NCBI GenBank assembly: GCA_028042835.1
Contig: JAOFOL010000008.1
Coordinates: 674-64,673, forward strand
Reading direction: 5' to 3'
From: Opitutales bacterium
GTDB lineage: Bacteria; Verrucomicrobiota; Verrucomicrobiia; Opitutales; Seribacteraceae
DNA: 64,000 bases
The notes beneath the pieces were generated by a model. That model did not search any database. It was not told where the DNA came from and saw nothing but the letters and a program-made list of their open reading frames with translations. Shown here piece by piece: positions 10,036 through 18,021 of the stretch. Position numbers and translations under genes: made by a program. Position 1 is the first letter of the stretch. The number at the start of each line of letters is the position of its first letter.

Positions 10036-12177
10036 GTGACTGAGACAGTTCACCGCATCGTACGACCTGTGTATTTATTTCGTTATCTATTTTTAATCTC
10101 AATATTACTTTTCACTCTATCCCTTTCTGCATATGGGCAAAACAGGGAGGAATCGCATGGATTGGTATTGGACGCGGAACAACCCCTGGAGTATGATGAT
10201 CGGAATCAAACTATAATAGCCCAAGGCAAGGCAATGCTTCAGGGAGATGGGATCCTGCTAATTGCTGAACGTATTTCATGGGACAGGCTAAATGCGATCA
10301 TTCAAGCAGAAACAGATGTAACACTAGGCGTGACCGGCTATAGGTTACTTGCCGAAAACTTAGTCCTTGATTTAAAAACCGGAACATTCACAGCAGATGG
10401 AGTAAAGACCGGAATTTATCCTTGGGTAATCGACGCGGAGCAACTAATTGCAACTGACTCGAATTATACATTTTCAAATGCTAATTTTAAGCATGAGAAT
10501 CATCAGTCTCTTTCTCCGAATTTAGAAATTACGGAAGCAACTTATGATGAAAATAGTTCAATCATTCGGTCCAAAGGAATAGGATTAAAAATCGGCAACA
10601 CCTTAATCGGAAAATTACCATCCATAAAACATGAAGTGGGTAAAGTTGAATCGAGGTATGAACTTCTGGGCGGAGAAGAGCAACCATTAGGTTGGTACAC
10701 TGGTATTAGGTTCGATCTGCACAGAGGACAAAAGATTGAATCTGAAATAAAAGCTGTCTCTTATTTTGATAGAGGCATTTACTTTAGACCTCAATTTTCT
10801 TACACTCAGGCAGACAATGAAGAATTGGGTACTCCTTACCAAAACTGGGATGTGACCCTTGCCGGCATACAGGATGATGGATCTATTGGAACTGACCGCA
10901 GAGGATTAACCATTGATCGAGAGAGAGGATATCTACAGGTTTTTGGAATTAACAGATGGGACGAAAAGTGGAGAACCGCCCTTGAGATAAACGCCTTTTC
11001 TGACTCTGAGGTATACCGAGATTACGACCGCAAGGGGTTTGAATCGAATCAATGGCAGAATAATGCATTTGAAATAGCTTACGACGGGAACGACTTGTCC
11101 GTTTCAGTTGCCACAAGATGGCAAGGTAACGAATATGCTTCTCAGGTTGAAACTTCACCTAATATACTTTTCACCTACGGACCCAAATCACTATGGAGTC
11201 AATGGTTGCACGATACTATTCATGTAGAATATTCCAAAATGAATAAGCGCGATTCCTTAGGAGTGAAAAGAGAATCGTATTCAAAATTAGATCTTGGTTA
11301 CAAAACACAAAGCACTTTATATCTCGCCAGAGGGGTGACCTATATCCCCTCCTTGAGTTTCCGCTGGCAAAGCTATGCAAAGGACAATGGGGGTAATCCT
11401 ACACGTAGTTTTTGGGAAACAGGAAATGAAGTCCGTTATAGTGCTCATGCCGATTATCAATGGGATAATAAAATATGGAAAGTTGATTCACTCAGGCATG
11501 TAATGACATTCAGCCTAAAGCATTGTCACACTCGCGCACTCAAAATAGCACAAACTGGCACTATACCTATAATTGAACCTTACATTGAGAACCCGAACTT
11601 GGGTCCGATCGAACTCCTTGATTATATCGAATCCGATAATCTGTCTCCTTATGAGGTAATTCGTGCTGGATGGGAACATGAACTCTTAGCTCAAAATAAC
11701 GGATCATTCAAGAAGTGGCTAGACCTACAGTTATATCAAGATATTTGGGTGGATAATAAGTCGGAGATAAGCCCCAATCCTTATTTTTACAGTCAAGCCC
11801 GAGCCTTCCCCGTTCGGTGGATAAGCTTTGATCTTCAAGCAAAAATAAATACGGAATCAGGAATTTTAAAGAGAAGTTCCTACGGAGTGAGACTGATTGA
11901 CGGAAAGGTGAATGACTTATCCGTTCGATATCTCTCTTATGATTCCGCGAATGACAACCTTCAATCACAGATTACCCATCATGTTGATGATTCGGTGACA
12001 GTAACCGGGGCTGTCAGATATGACCCAGAAACTAATACAATTCCCTTTTGGTCTAGTACACTATCCGTAAGGAAACCTATCGGTTGGGAGTGGACAATAT
12101 ATTTAGCTCAACGTAGAGGAACGCTAAAGGAAAATGACCTGAACTGGGGTATGGGTGTCAATTTATTTAGCTTTTAA
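10036..12177 (+). CDS. lptD: LPS-assembly outer-membrane protein LptD-like
   Basis: Signal peptide, OstA-like N-domain (LEYDD..IIAQGKA..LLIAERISWD), long beta-rich barrel, C-terminal Phe. Confidence 0.7.
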   Translation: MTETVHRIVRPVYLFRYLFLISILLFTLSLSAYGQNREESHGLVLDAEQPLEYDDRNQTIIAQGKAMLQGDGILLIAERISWDRLNAIIQAETDVTLGVTGYRLLAENLVLDLKTGTFTADGVKTGIYPWVIDAEQLIATDSNYTFSNANFKHENHQSLSPNLEITEATYDENSSIIRSKGIGLKIGNTLIGKLPSIKHEVGKVESRYELLGGEEQPLGWYTGIRFDLHRGQKIESEIKAVSYFDRGIYFRPQFSYTQADNEELGTPYQNWDVTLAGIQDDGSIGTDRRGLTIDRERGYLQVFGINRWDEKWRTALEINAFSDSEVYRDYDRKGFESNQWQNNAFEIAYDGNDLSVSVATRWQGNEYASQVETSPNILFTYGPKSLWSQWLHDTIHVEYSKMNKRDSLGVKRESYSKLDLGYKTQSTLYLARGVTYIPSLSFRWQSYAKDNGGNPTRSFWETGNEVRYSAHADYQWDNKIWKVDSLRHVMTFSLKHCHTRALKIAQTGTIPIIEPYIENPNLGPIELLDYIESDNLSPYEVIRAGWEHELLAQNNGSFKKWLDLQLYQDIWVDNKSEISPNPYFYSQARAFPVRWISFDLQAKINTESGILKRSSYGVRLIDGKVNDLSVRYLSYDSANDNLQSQITHHVDDSVTVTGAVRYDPETNTIPFWSSTLSVRKPIGWEWTIYLAQRRGTLKENDLNWGMGVNLFSF

Positions 12178-12194
12178 CAGAATATTCTGTGAGG

Positions 12195-12224
12195 TTGACT
12201 AAATCGCAAACACGTTAATATATT
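12195..12224 (+). promoter_or_regulatory. candidate sigma70 promoter
   Basis: TTGACT-N18-TATATT, 8 nt before ATG 12233. Confidence 0.45.
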
Positions 12225-12232
12225 ATTAACTG

Positions 12233-12511
12233 ATGACAAAACGCTTTAATCCAAACCCGCAACTGCCTGTCAAAGACCAAAAGGTAATGGCTCATCTTTT
12301 GGGACTTGGTCTCGATTGTACAGACGGTCATAAGAGGATTACACAGGCTGATAAATTTTCTATCATGGGAGGTTCTGAAAAAACTCATGATCACATGACA
12401 GAAACCTTGTGCAAGACCGTTGAAGATCTTAAAATTAAAGGTAAAACACTCGAGAATGCTTCCATGGAAGAGATTTCTGATTTAATCAAAAAGAATACTC
12501 CTAAACTATAG
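12233..12511 (+). CDS. conserved small hypothetical protein
   Basis: LLGLGLD-x-DGHKRIT...GGSEKTH-x2-M resembles an uncharacterised PVC-superphylum family (from recall); has its own promoter candidate. Confidence 0.7.
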   Translation: MTKRFNPNPQLPVKDQKVMAHLLGLGLDCTDGHKRITQADKFSIMGGSEKTHDHMTETLCKTVEDLKIKGKTLENASMEEISDLIKKNTPKL

Positions 12512-12535
12512 AAGACCTCTTACCCAAAATGTAAA

Positions 12536-13195
12536 ATGGCAGCTCTACCACCAGAACCTCCTCGACCATCATTAAAACTTACACCGAAAGAAGGTGAGCC
12601 GATAAAACCTCTTCCTCCAGGTGCACCCAAATTTAAAGTTACTAAAACGCCTTTTACCGGGCAAACTCCTGCCCCACCAGCACCTGTCGCACCATCGCCT
12701 GCTGTTGCGGCTATCCCACCAGCACCTTCACCAGCACCACCATCTTCCCCATCACCAGTACCATTGCCCCCATCTGCTGGGGCACCCATTCCCTCTGCTG
12801 CGGGTATCGTAGCACCTTCGGCACCTCCTCCCGCACCATCTCTTTCCCCTACCCCGTCTCCAGTTCAACCTGGTGCAACAAAACCCGGGATTCCCCCTTC
12901 ACTTAGTGGAGGTCCTCCGACTCTTGGTCCAAAGCCAGCCATGCCTGCGATGCCTTCTGTTGCACCTACAGGGCTACCTGCACTTGGCGGAGGGACAAAA
13001 CCTCCCATGCCCGCAGCTGCTCCTCCGGTTACGCCCACTCCTGGCAAACCTGCACCCAATCCGACTCAAGTCAATGGGCCTGATTCTAAAGGTAGTTCAG
13101 CCAAAGCTAAACCAAGTATTCTATTTCTACTTCTTGATCTACTGGTATTTGGTGGCTCAGTCGCGGGGTGCGTATTACTTTTCATCAATTACTAG
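12536..13195 (+). CDS. proline-rich protein with C-terminal membrane anchor
   Basis: About 63 of 219 residues are Pro; a single hydrophobic helix at the extreme C-terminus; packed between neighbours on the same strand. Confidence 0.75.
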   Translation: MAALPPEPPRPSLKLTPKEGEPIKPLPPGAPKFKVTKTPFTGQTPAPPAPVAPSPAVAAIPPAPSPAPPSSPSPVPLPPSAGAPIPSAAGIVAPSAPPPAPSLSPTPSPVQPGATKPGIPPSLSGGPPTLGPKPAMPAMPSVAPTGLPALGGGTKPPMPAAAPPVTPTPGKPAPNPTQVNGPDSKGSSAKAKPSILFLLLDLLVFGGSVAGCVLLFINY

Positions 13196-13201
13196 ATTTA
13201 A

Positions 13202-13519
13202 ATGAGCGAACCTATAAACTTAAATAAAGAAAGCTTTAGCAAAGCTACATCTTCGAACGACAAGCCATCCTTGGTAGACTTTTGGGCACCTTGGTGTGGC
13301 CCTTGCAAGGCTTTATCCCCTATTCTGGAAGAAATCTCCACAGAACTGAAGGATGAGGTTAACATCTATAAGGTAAATGTAGACGAAAATACAGAGTTGG
13401 CGCAAGAACATGGAGTTCAATCCATACCTACAATCTTAGTTTACAAAAATGGAAGCCTTTCCGAAACTTTGGTAGGACTTAAATCTAAGGATGAGCTAAT
13501 TGAGATTTTAAAGTCTTAA
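13202..13519 (+). CDS. trxA: thioredoxin
   Basis: VDFWAPWCGPC, SIPT. Confidence 0.97.
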   Translation: MSEPINLNKESFSKATSSNDKPSLVDFWAPWCGPCKALSPILEEISTELKDEVNIYKVNVDENTELAQEHGVQSIPTILVYKNGSLSETLVGLKSKDELIEILKS

Positions 13520-13520
13520 G

Positions 13521-14252
13521 TTATTTTTTCCCACCCCTGCCTCCACATATCCTGCAATCAATTCCGTCGGGTTTTGCAGTGAGGGTCCCTCGCCCTCGTT
13601 CGTAAAATGTGCAACTAGGTCGGTGTATCTTTCCAAAGCTAGTCAACCAATACGAAATCTGAGGTAGCATCTGGTTGTTTCGTAAGTAAGCACTTGATAA
13701 ATTGGGCTTGGGTTTCTGGAGAAATGGTTGCTTTGCGTCATAGTTAAAACCTGTCTTCCAAATACCTTGATTTGCCCTTTTAGCTTTCAGTTGTGCAAGT
13801 ACCATGGGTCCGAACCTTCCTGTTTCCTTCTCATCATGCCAGCCGTACCCTAAGGATATACATTCGGTTGCAAAATCAGTCCTGCCTTGATTGATCCTAA
13901 CTTTTACGACTTTAAGATTTCTTTCGTCAAAAACGCGCTTAACTTCCAGTTCGGGTTTAACAGATAACAAATTTTTTTCACAAAATGCAATTGCTTCATT
14001 AAAACCAGGTTGACCTCTAGTAGGAAAAGAAATGCCCCAAACTCTCATTCGTATGACGAAATCTCTGGACTGAATATCAAAAACTCCTGGCATAATAATT
14101 CGTATAATTTCATTTCTTATTGTTTCATTTTGATCTGAAATTTGAAGATCTTGACCCTTCACTTGGCCGTTTAATTTAAAAAGTGAAAAGAATATTATCC
14201 CTAGGATAAGTAAGAAGGATTTGAAGATTGTAATCTGCATATAATATTCCAC
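13521..14252 (-). CDS. exported thermonuclease (SNase)-like protein with C-terminal Ada-type metal-binding motif
   Basis: Signal peptide (ATG 14240 is an alternative start), RVWGI-x2-P, GYGWH, AKRANQGIW, then GKIHRPSC...CRICGG. Confidence 0.7.
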   Translation of the reverse strand: MEYYMQITIFKSFLLILGIIFFSLFKLNGQVKGQDLQISDQNETIRNEIIRIIMPGVFDIQSRDFVIRMRVWGISFPTRGQPGFNEAIAFCEKNLLSVKPELEVKRVFDERNLKVVKVRINQGRTDFATECISLGYGWHDEKETGRFGPMVLAQLKAKRANQGIWKTGFNYDAKQPFLQKPKPNLSSAYLRNNQMLPQISYWLTSFGKIHRPSCTFYERGRGTLTAKPDGIDCRICGGRGGKK

Positions 14253-14339
14253 CCTTTAGTCACTTTTATCAATGCTTGCAAAAAAATAAAAAAATCATAA
14301 AGATGCATATTGTTCCAATTAATTTGCAACAAACAACCC

Positions 14340-15227
14340 ATGCCCTCAAAAAAGAGACCCAAAGCATCCACGATTGGTACCCCCATATACCACCGAAAGA
14401 GACGGAATTGGGAAGATGATCGCAATTTACTAACTGAACTAGCGGGAGTGGTCAGTAAAATTGATGGGCCTTATGACTATTTTGCGCCTAACTCTAAAGG
14501 GTTCAGTAATAAAATTGACGCCATAAAGCAAAAAGGGTTTGAAGAGAACCCTGACGCGTATTTTCTAGCCATGTGGGTGCGTGAAAAACTAAGCGACCTG
14601 CTTATACAACAGGGTTCCTATAACCTCCTTATTCATCCTTTACAATTACCTGATGATATAGAAAAAGTCATCAAACTCGAAGAGAAAAAGGTTACAAAAG
14701 GAGGACATGATGGAAAGACTAACATATCACTCGCAACTCTCTTTCCTAACCCTAGGTTACGGGCGTTTGCATTAGAACGTGTCCAGATGTTGCATCGCGG
14801 AGACTTGATAGCTTACTTATCATCTCTAGTGGCAAGGGAAAGAGAGTCCCTGATGTCGAGTTCCGCAAGTATCATGGACCTTATTCATATATGTGAACAT
14901 AAACTAAACCTTCGCAAACTAAGTATTAAGAAAAGGTTTTCAGTGGGTGAGACTGACCTTTGGGTGCCATCGCTATCGCTAGGTGTAGAGGTTAGAGATA
15001 CCTGGAATACGAATGAAGAAATCAAGATCATTCGTGTTTTAAGTGATACAAACTTCAGGTTACAAGCAAGCAACTTATGCCTAGTAACTCCTGATGATTT
15101 ATCAGACGAAGCTTTCCTTAAACTAAGAGAAATTGAAAAACGAGGAGTAATCGAAAACTTATCTGTTATTCGGATAGGAGATTTCGGAAGTTATTTAGAT
15201 CAATTGATGACAGATCAAAATATATAG
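14340..15227 (+). CDS. hypothetical protein, possible C-terminal PD-(D/E)xK-like fold
   Basis: ORF of about 295 aa (ATG 14340 preferred over TTG 14310); E...TDLWV...GVEVR pattern. Confidence 0.6.
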   Translation: MPSKKRPKASTIGTPIYHRKRRNWEDDRNLLTELAGVVSKIDGPYDYFAPNSKGFSNKIDAIKQKGFEENPDAYFLAMWVREKLSDLLIQQGSYNLLIHPLQLPDDIEKVIKLEEKKVTKGGHDGKTNISLATLFPNPRLRAFALERVQMLHRGDLIAYLSSLVARERESLMSSSASIMDLIHICEHKLNLRKLSIKKRFSVGETDLWVPSLSLGVEVRDTWNTNEEIKIIRVLSDTNFRLQASNLCLVTPDDLSDEAFLKLREIEKRGVIENLSVIRIGDFGSYLDQLMTDQNI

Positions 15228-15233
15228 CCTTAA

Positions 15234-15809
15234 TCAAGGAAGCATTTCTTCCCGAATCAGGCGCCCGGCCTCATCCCACAATCTTCTTCCGCGATAATTT
15301 CCCTCGCTCCAATATTCCTCTTCTCTAATCAAGCCATTTCCCCACCATCTACTTTTAATACCAGATAGTCTTCCGTTATCAAAAGTTGCTTCAAGTGCAG
15401 GGTTTCCACTCTCGAAATACCTTATTTGAATACCATGAGGGAGTCCGTTAAGGTATGAGGAATCCATCATTACCCCACCATCATCAAATCGATCTATAAT
15501 CCGGCCTGTGAAAGGATCTTCTAATCCCTGCCTGTACACCAATCCCCCCTCGCCAGAGGTTGATTCATTCGAAGATATAGCAGGATAACTTACCAAAGGT
15601 TTCTCGTAATCTGATAAAATTTCGACTGTGTTCCTATCTTTTGAAATGAACCTAGGATTTACAATGATGTTCTCATCGTTTTCCATAATCGAAGGTTGTT
15701 GATAATTTTGCTTACTTTCAACACCCTCGTCATCACAACCTAAGGAAAGTAAACTCAGTACGGCAAAAAAAGTTACTAAGCACTTCCTTGAGTAAATATT
15801 TTTAAACAT
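15234..15809 (-). CDS. lipoprotein with MORN-variant (YwqK-like) repeats
   Basis: Lipobox LSLGC; PFTG then repeated Y-x-NG-x2-HG-x3-YFESG / F-x-NG-x3-G-x4-WW-x-NG units. Confidence 0.8.
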   Translation of the reverse strand: MFKNIYSRKCLVTFFAVLSLLSLGCDDEGVESKQNYQQPSIMENDENIIVNPRFISKDRNTVEILSDYEKPLVSYPAISSNESTSGEGGLVYRQGLEDPFTGRIIDRFDDGGVMMDSSYLNGLPHGIQIRYFESGNPALEATFDNGRLSGIKSRWWGNGLIREEEYWSEGNYRGRRLWDEAGRLIREEMLP

Positions 15810-15848
15810 TATTTTCTTAGGAGAATTAAAACAAGATATTCCAAGCAA

Positions 15849-16145
15849 CTACCATTTTTCATCCGCAAGGATTCTTGATGCCACGAACTCCATAGGATCA
15901 ATTGAATCTTGCATACCAAGATTTGGTACAGAATGGGGATCGTCTGGCATCTTCATTAATTTATCAACAAATCTACCGATATATTCTTTGCTAATTTCAT
16001 TATCTGTTGAAAAATTTACTAGGTTATCAACAGAGGTAGTTGTTTCTAAATTAGTTTTTTTGGATGGTTGGGATGGTTTAATATAGTCTTTGATATGAAT
16101 CACAATGGTTAAGCCTAAATGGCAGAATAATGAATTGTGATTCAC
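15849..16145 (-). CDS. small hypothetical protein, possibly FlgM-like anti-sigma28 factor
   Basis: 98 aa; AGGAGG 5 nt before GTG 16145 (in-frame alternative GTG 16103); polar N-half and helical C-half; lies downstream of a sigma28 promoter. Confidence 0.55.
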   Translation of the reverse strand: MNHNSLFCHLGLTIVIHIKDYIKPSQPSKKTNLETTTSVDNLVNFSTDNEISKEYIGRFVDKLMKMPDDPHSVPNLGMQDSIDPMEFVASRILADEKW

Positions 16146-16196
16146 TCCAACCTCCTGTGGGACTGAATCCTGAAATTAAGGTCACATCCGTGTGAC
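16146..16196 (-). promoter_or_regulatory. leader with three CsrA/RsmA-type GGA sites
   Basis: Hairpin GUCACA-CGGA-UGUGAC (16196-16181), CAGGAU (16172-16167) and CAGGAGG (16157-16151) overlapping the SD. Confidence 0.65.
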
Positions 16197-16204
16197 AGTT
16201 ATCA

Positions 16205-16231
16205 TAATCGGCAGATTTACTTTGAACTTTA
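16205..16231 (-). promoter_or_regulatory. sigma28 (FliA/SigD) promoter
   Basis: TAAA(GTT)-N15-GCCGATTA against consensus TAAA-N15-GCCGATAA; exact 15-nt spacer, intergenic, oriented toward the 98-aa ORF. Confidence 0.75.
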
Positions 16232-16285
16232 GGGAAAAATTCATTTTTTTCTTTCCTCCAGAGTAATTGAGGCAAATGATGCTGT

Positions 16286-17098
16286 ATGGAATCAGAAATA
16301 AAAAAGGCCTACAATAATAAGGAATTTCTTAACGGAAAGGAAGCTCGCCCGATTCGTGTACTTTGCGAATTAATTGAACCAGATGAAAGGTTAGATGAGC
16401 AAAATGTGGAGAATACTATCGTTTTTTTTGGATCAGCTAGACCTAAGCCATATGAAGCTGCTGAACGGGAACACGATGATTTTGAAAAGAAAATAAGCTC
16501 GAGCACCGAACTTTCCGATAAGGAAGAACAAAATCTTAACCGCCTGCGACGAATTAAGAAATTATCGAAATATTATGATGAAGCTGTAAATTTAGCAAAC
16601 AAGGTTAGCAAATGGTCGAGGAGTATAGAAACAAACTTACGTAACTGTTTTATTTGTTCGGGCGGGGGACCCGGAATCATGGAGGCGGCTAATCGCGGTG
16701 CAAATAATGCAGGGGAAAAATCAATTGCTTTAGGTATAAGTCTACCATTCGAGCAGGGAGTAAACAAATACGCCACACCTGAACTTTCATTTGAATTCCA
16801 CTACTTTTTTATTCGTAAATTCTATTTTTTATATCACGCAAAAGCAGTTTTTGTTTTCCCTGGTGGGTTTGGTACGATGGATGAATTATTTGAAACCCTT
16901 ACGCTCATCCAAACAGGTAAATTAGACAAGAAAATGCCGATATATCTTTTTGGTCGTGAATTTTGGGAAGGACTTATCAACTTTAATCAATTCGTTGAGT
17001 GGGGTGTCATATCCCCTAATGACATATCCCTGTTTAAAATAGTAGATAGCGTGGACGAGGCATACAAATTACTTGTTCATGACTTGGAATCATCATAG
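16286..17098 (+). CDS. LOG family nucleotide phosphoribohydrolase (long type)
   Basis: VFFGSAR, SGGGPGIMEAANRGA, FFIRK, PGGFGTMDE. Confidence 0.92.
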   Translation: MESEIKKAYNNKEFLNGKEARPIRVLCELIEPDERLDEQNVENTIVFFGSARPKPYEAAEREHDDFEKKISSSTELSDKEEQNLNRLRRIKKLSKYYDEAVNLANKVSKWSRSIETNLRNCFICSGGGPGIMEAANRGANNAGEKSIALGISLPFEQGVNKYATPELSFEFHYFFIRKFYFLYHAKAVFVFPGGFGTMDELFETLTLIQTGKLDKKMPIYLFGREFWEGLINFNQFVEWGVISPNDISLFKIVDSVDEAYKLLVHDLESS

Positions 17099-18021
17099 TT
17101 GAGGTTGCTTATATAAGTCTGCATATCGGGAGGTAACTCAGCGGAGAATACCATTATCTTTTCAGAAATCGGATGCTTAAAGCTTAACTCCCTAGCGTGA
17201 AGCATAACCCTTATTGCTGGATTACTTGATGGGTATTTATTGGAATTATAACCATAGGTTTTATCACCAACTAAAGGGTGTCCATAATTTGAAAAATGTA
17301 CTCGTATTTGGTGAGTTCGCCCTGTTTTAAGATTACAGTCGACTATTGAAAATTGCTTATTGGAACCATCTATCAGTTTCCAGTCAGTACGGGCTTTCTT
17401 TCCAGACTTAACGACTGCCATCTTAACTCTTACTTTAGGATGCCTGCCGATAGGGTCAGTGAATGAACCTCTCACTATCTTCATTTTTCCAGCGACAATA
17501 GCCGTATACTTTTTTGTAACAGTTCGATTAGCGAATTGTTGGACAAGGTGGTGATGAGGGAACTCCTTTTTAGCTACTACCATAACCCCACTCGTATCTT
17601 TATCGAGTCTATGAACGATTCCCGGACGCTTAGGCGCACCGACCGGACACAACTCTTCAGGGCAGTGATTCAGTAACGCATGAACTAAAGTTTCGTTATT
17701 GGTTCCATCACCTGGGTGAACAACCATACCCGAAGGTTTATTAATTAAAATTAAGTATTCATCTTCATATAAAACATTCAGAACCGTCTCAAATGGTTCC
17801 AATTTAGCAACTTCTGGGTAAAATAAGTTAACTATTAGAACTTCTCCAGGGATCAATTTCGTCTTAGGTTCCAACTTGGTTCCATCTAAGCGAGTGATAT
17901 GCCCACTATCAATGGACCTCTTAATTAAAGAACGACTAGTATCTGGGAATGCATTAGACAAGATTTTGTCAGCACGGTCTGCTTCCCCGCAGGGAACTCT
18001 AAACTCTTCACCCGACTCCAT
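17077..18021 (-). CDS. rluD: RluD-type 23S rRNA pseudouridine synthase
   Basis: S4 domain, NKPSGMVVHPG, HRLDKDTSG, TGRTHQIRVH; true start probably ATG 18021. Confidence 0.9.
   Translation of the reverse strand: MESGEEFRVPCGEADRADKILSNAFPDTSRSLIKRSIDSGHITRLDGTKLEPKTKLIPGEVLIVNLFYPEVAKLEPFETVLNVLYEDEYLILINKPSGMVVHPGDGTNNETLVHALLNHCPEELCPVGAPKRPGIVHRLDKDTSGVMVVAKKEFPHHHLVQQFANRTVTKKYTAIVAGKMKIVRGSFTDPIGRHPKVRVKMAVVKSGKKARTDWKLIDGSNKQFSIVDCNLKTGRTHQIRVHFSNYGHPLVGDKTYGYNSNKYPSSNPAIRVMLHARELSFKHPISEKIMVFSAELPPDMQTYISNLNYDDSKS

Noticed and set aside
12598-12605. GCCGATAA sigma28 -10 match
   Set aside because: Lies inside a CDS with no TAAA at 15-nt spacing.
12520-13205. Gly/Ala-rich antisense and alternate-frame ORFs
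   Set aside because: Expected by-products of Pro (CCN) codons in the real gene.
15234-15809. YwqK-like gene as antitoxin of a toxin-antitoxin pair
   Set aside because: It has a lipoprotein signal and no co-oriented toxin; MORN-variant lipoproteins are common as stand-alone genes.
16078-16275. 65-aa minus-strand ORF, or a frameshifted N-terminus of the 98-aa ORF
   Set aside because: It spans the sigma28 promoter and structured leader and has no protein-like features.
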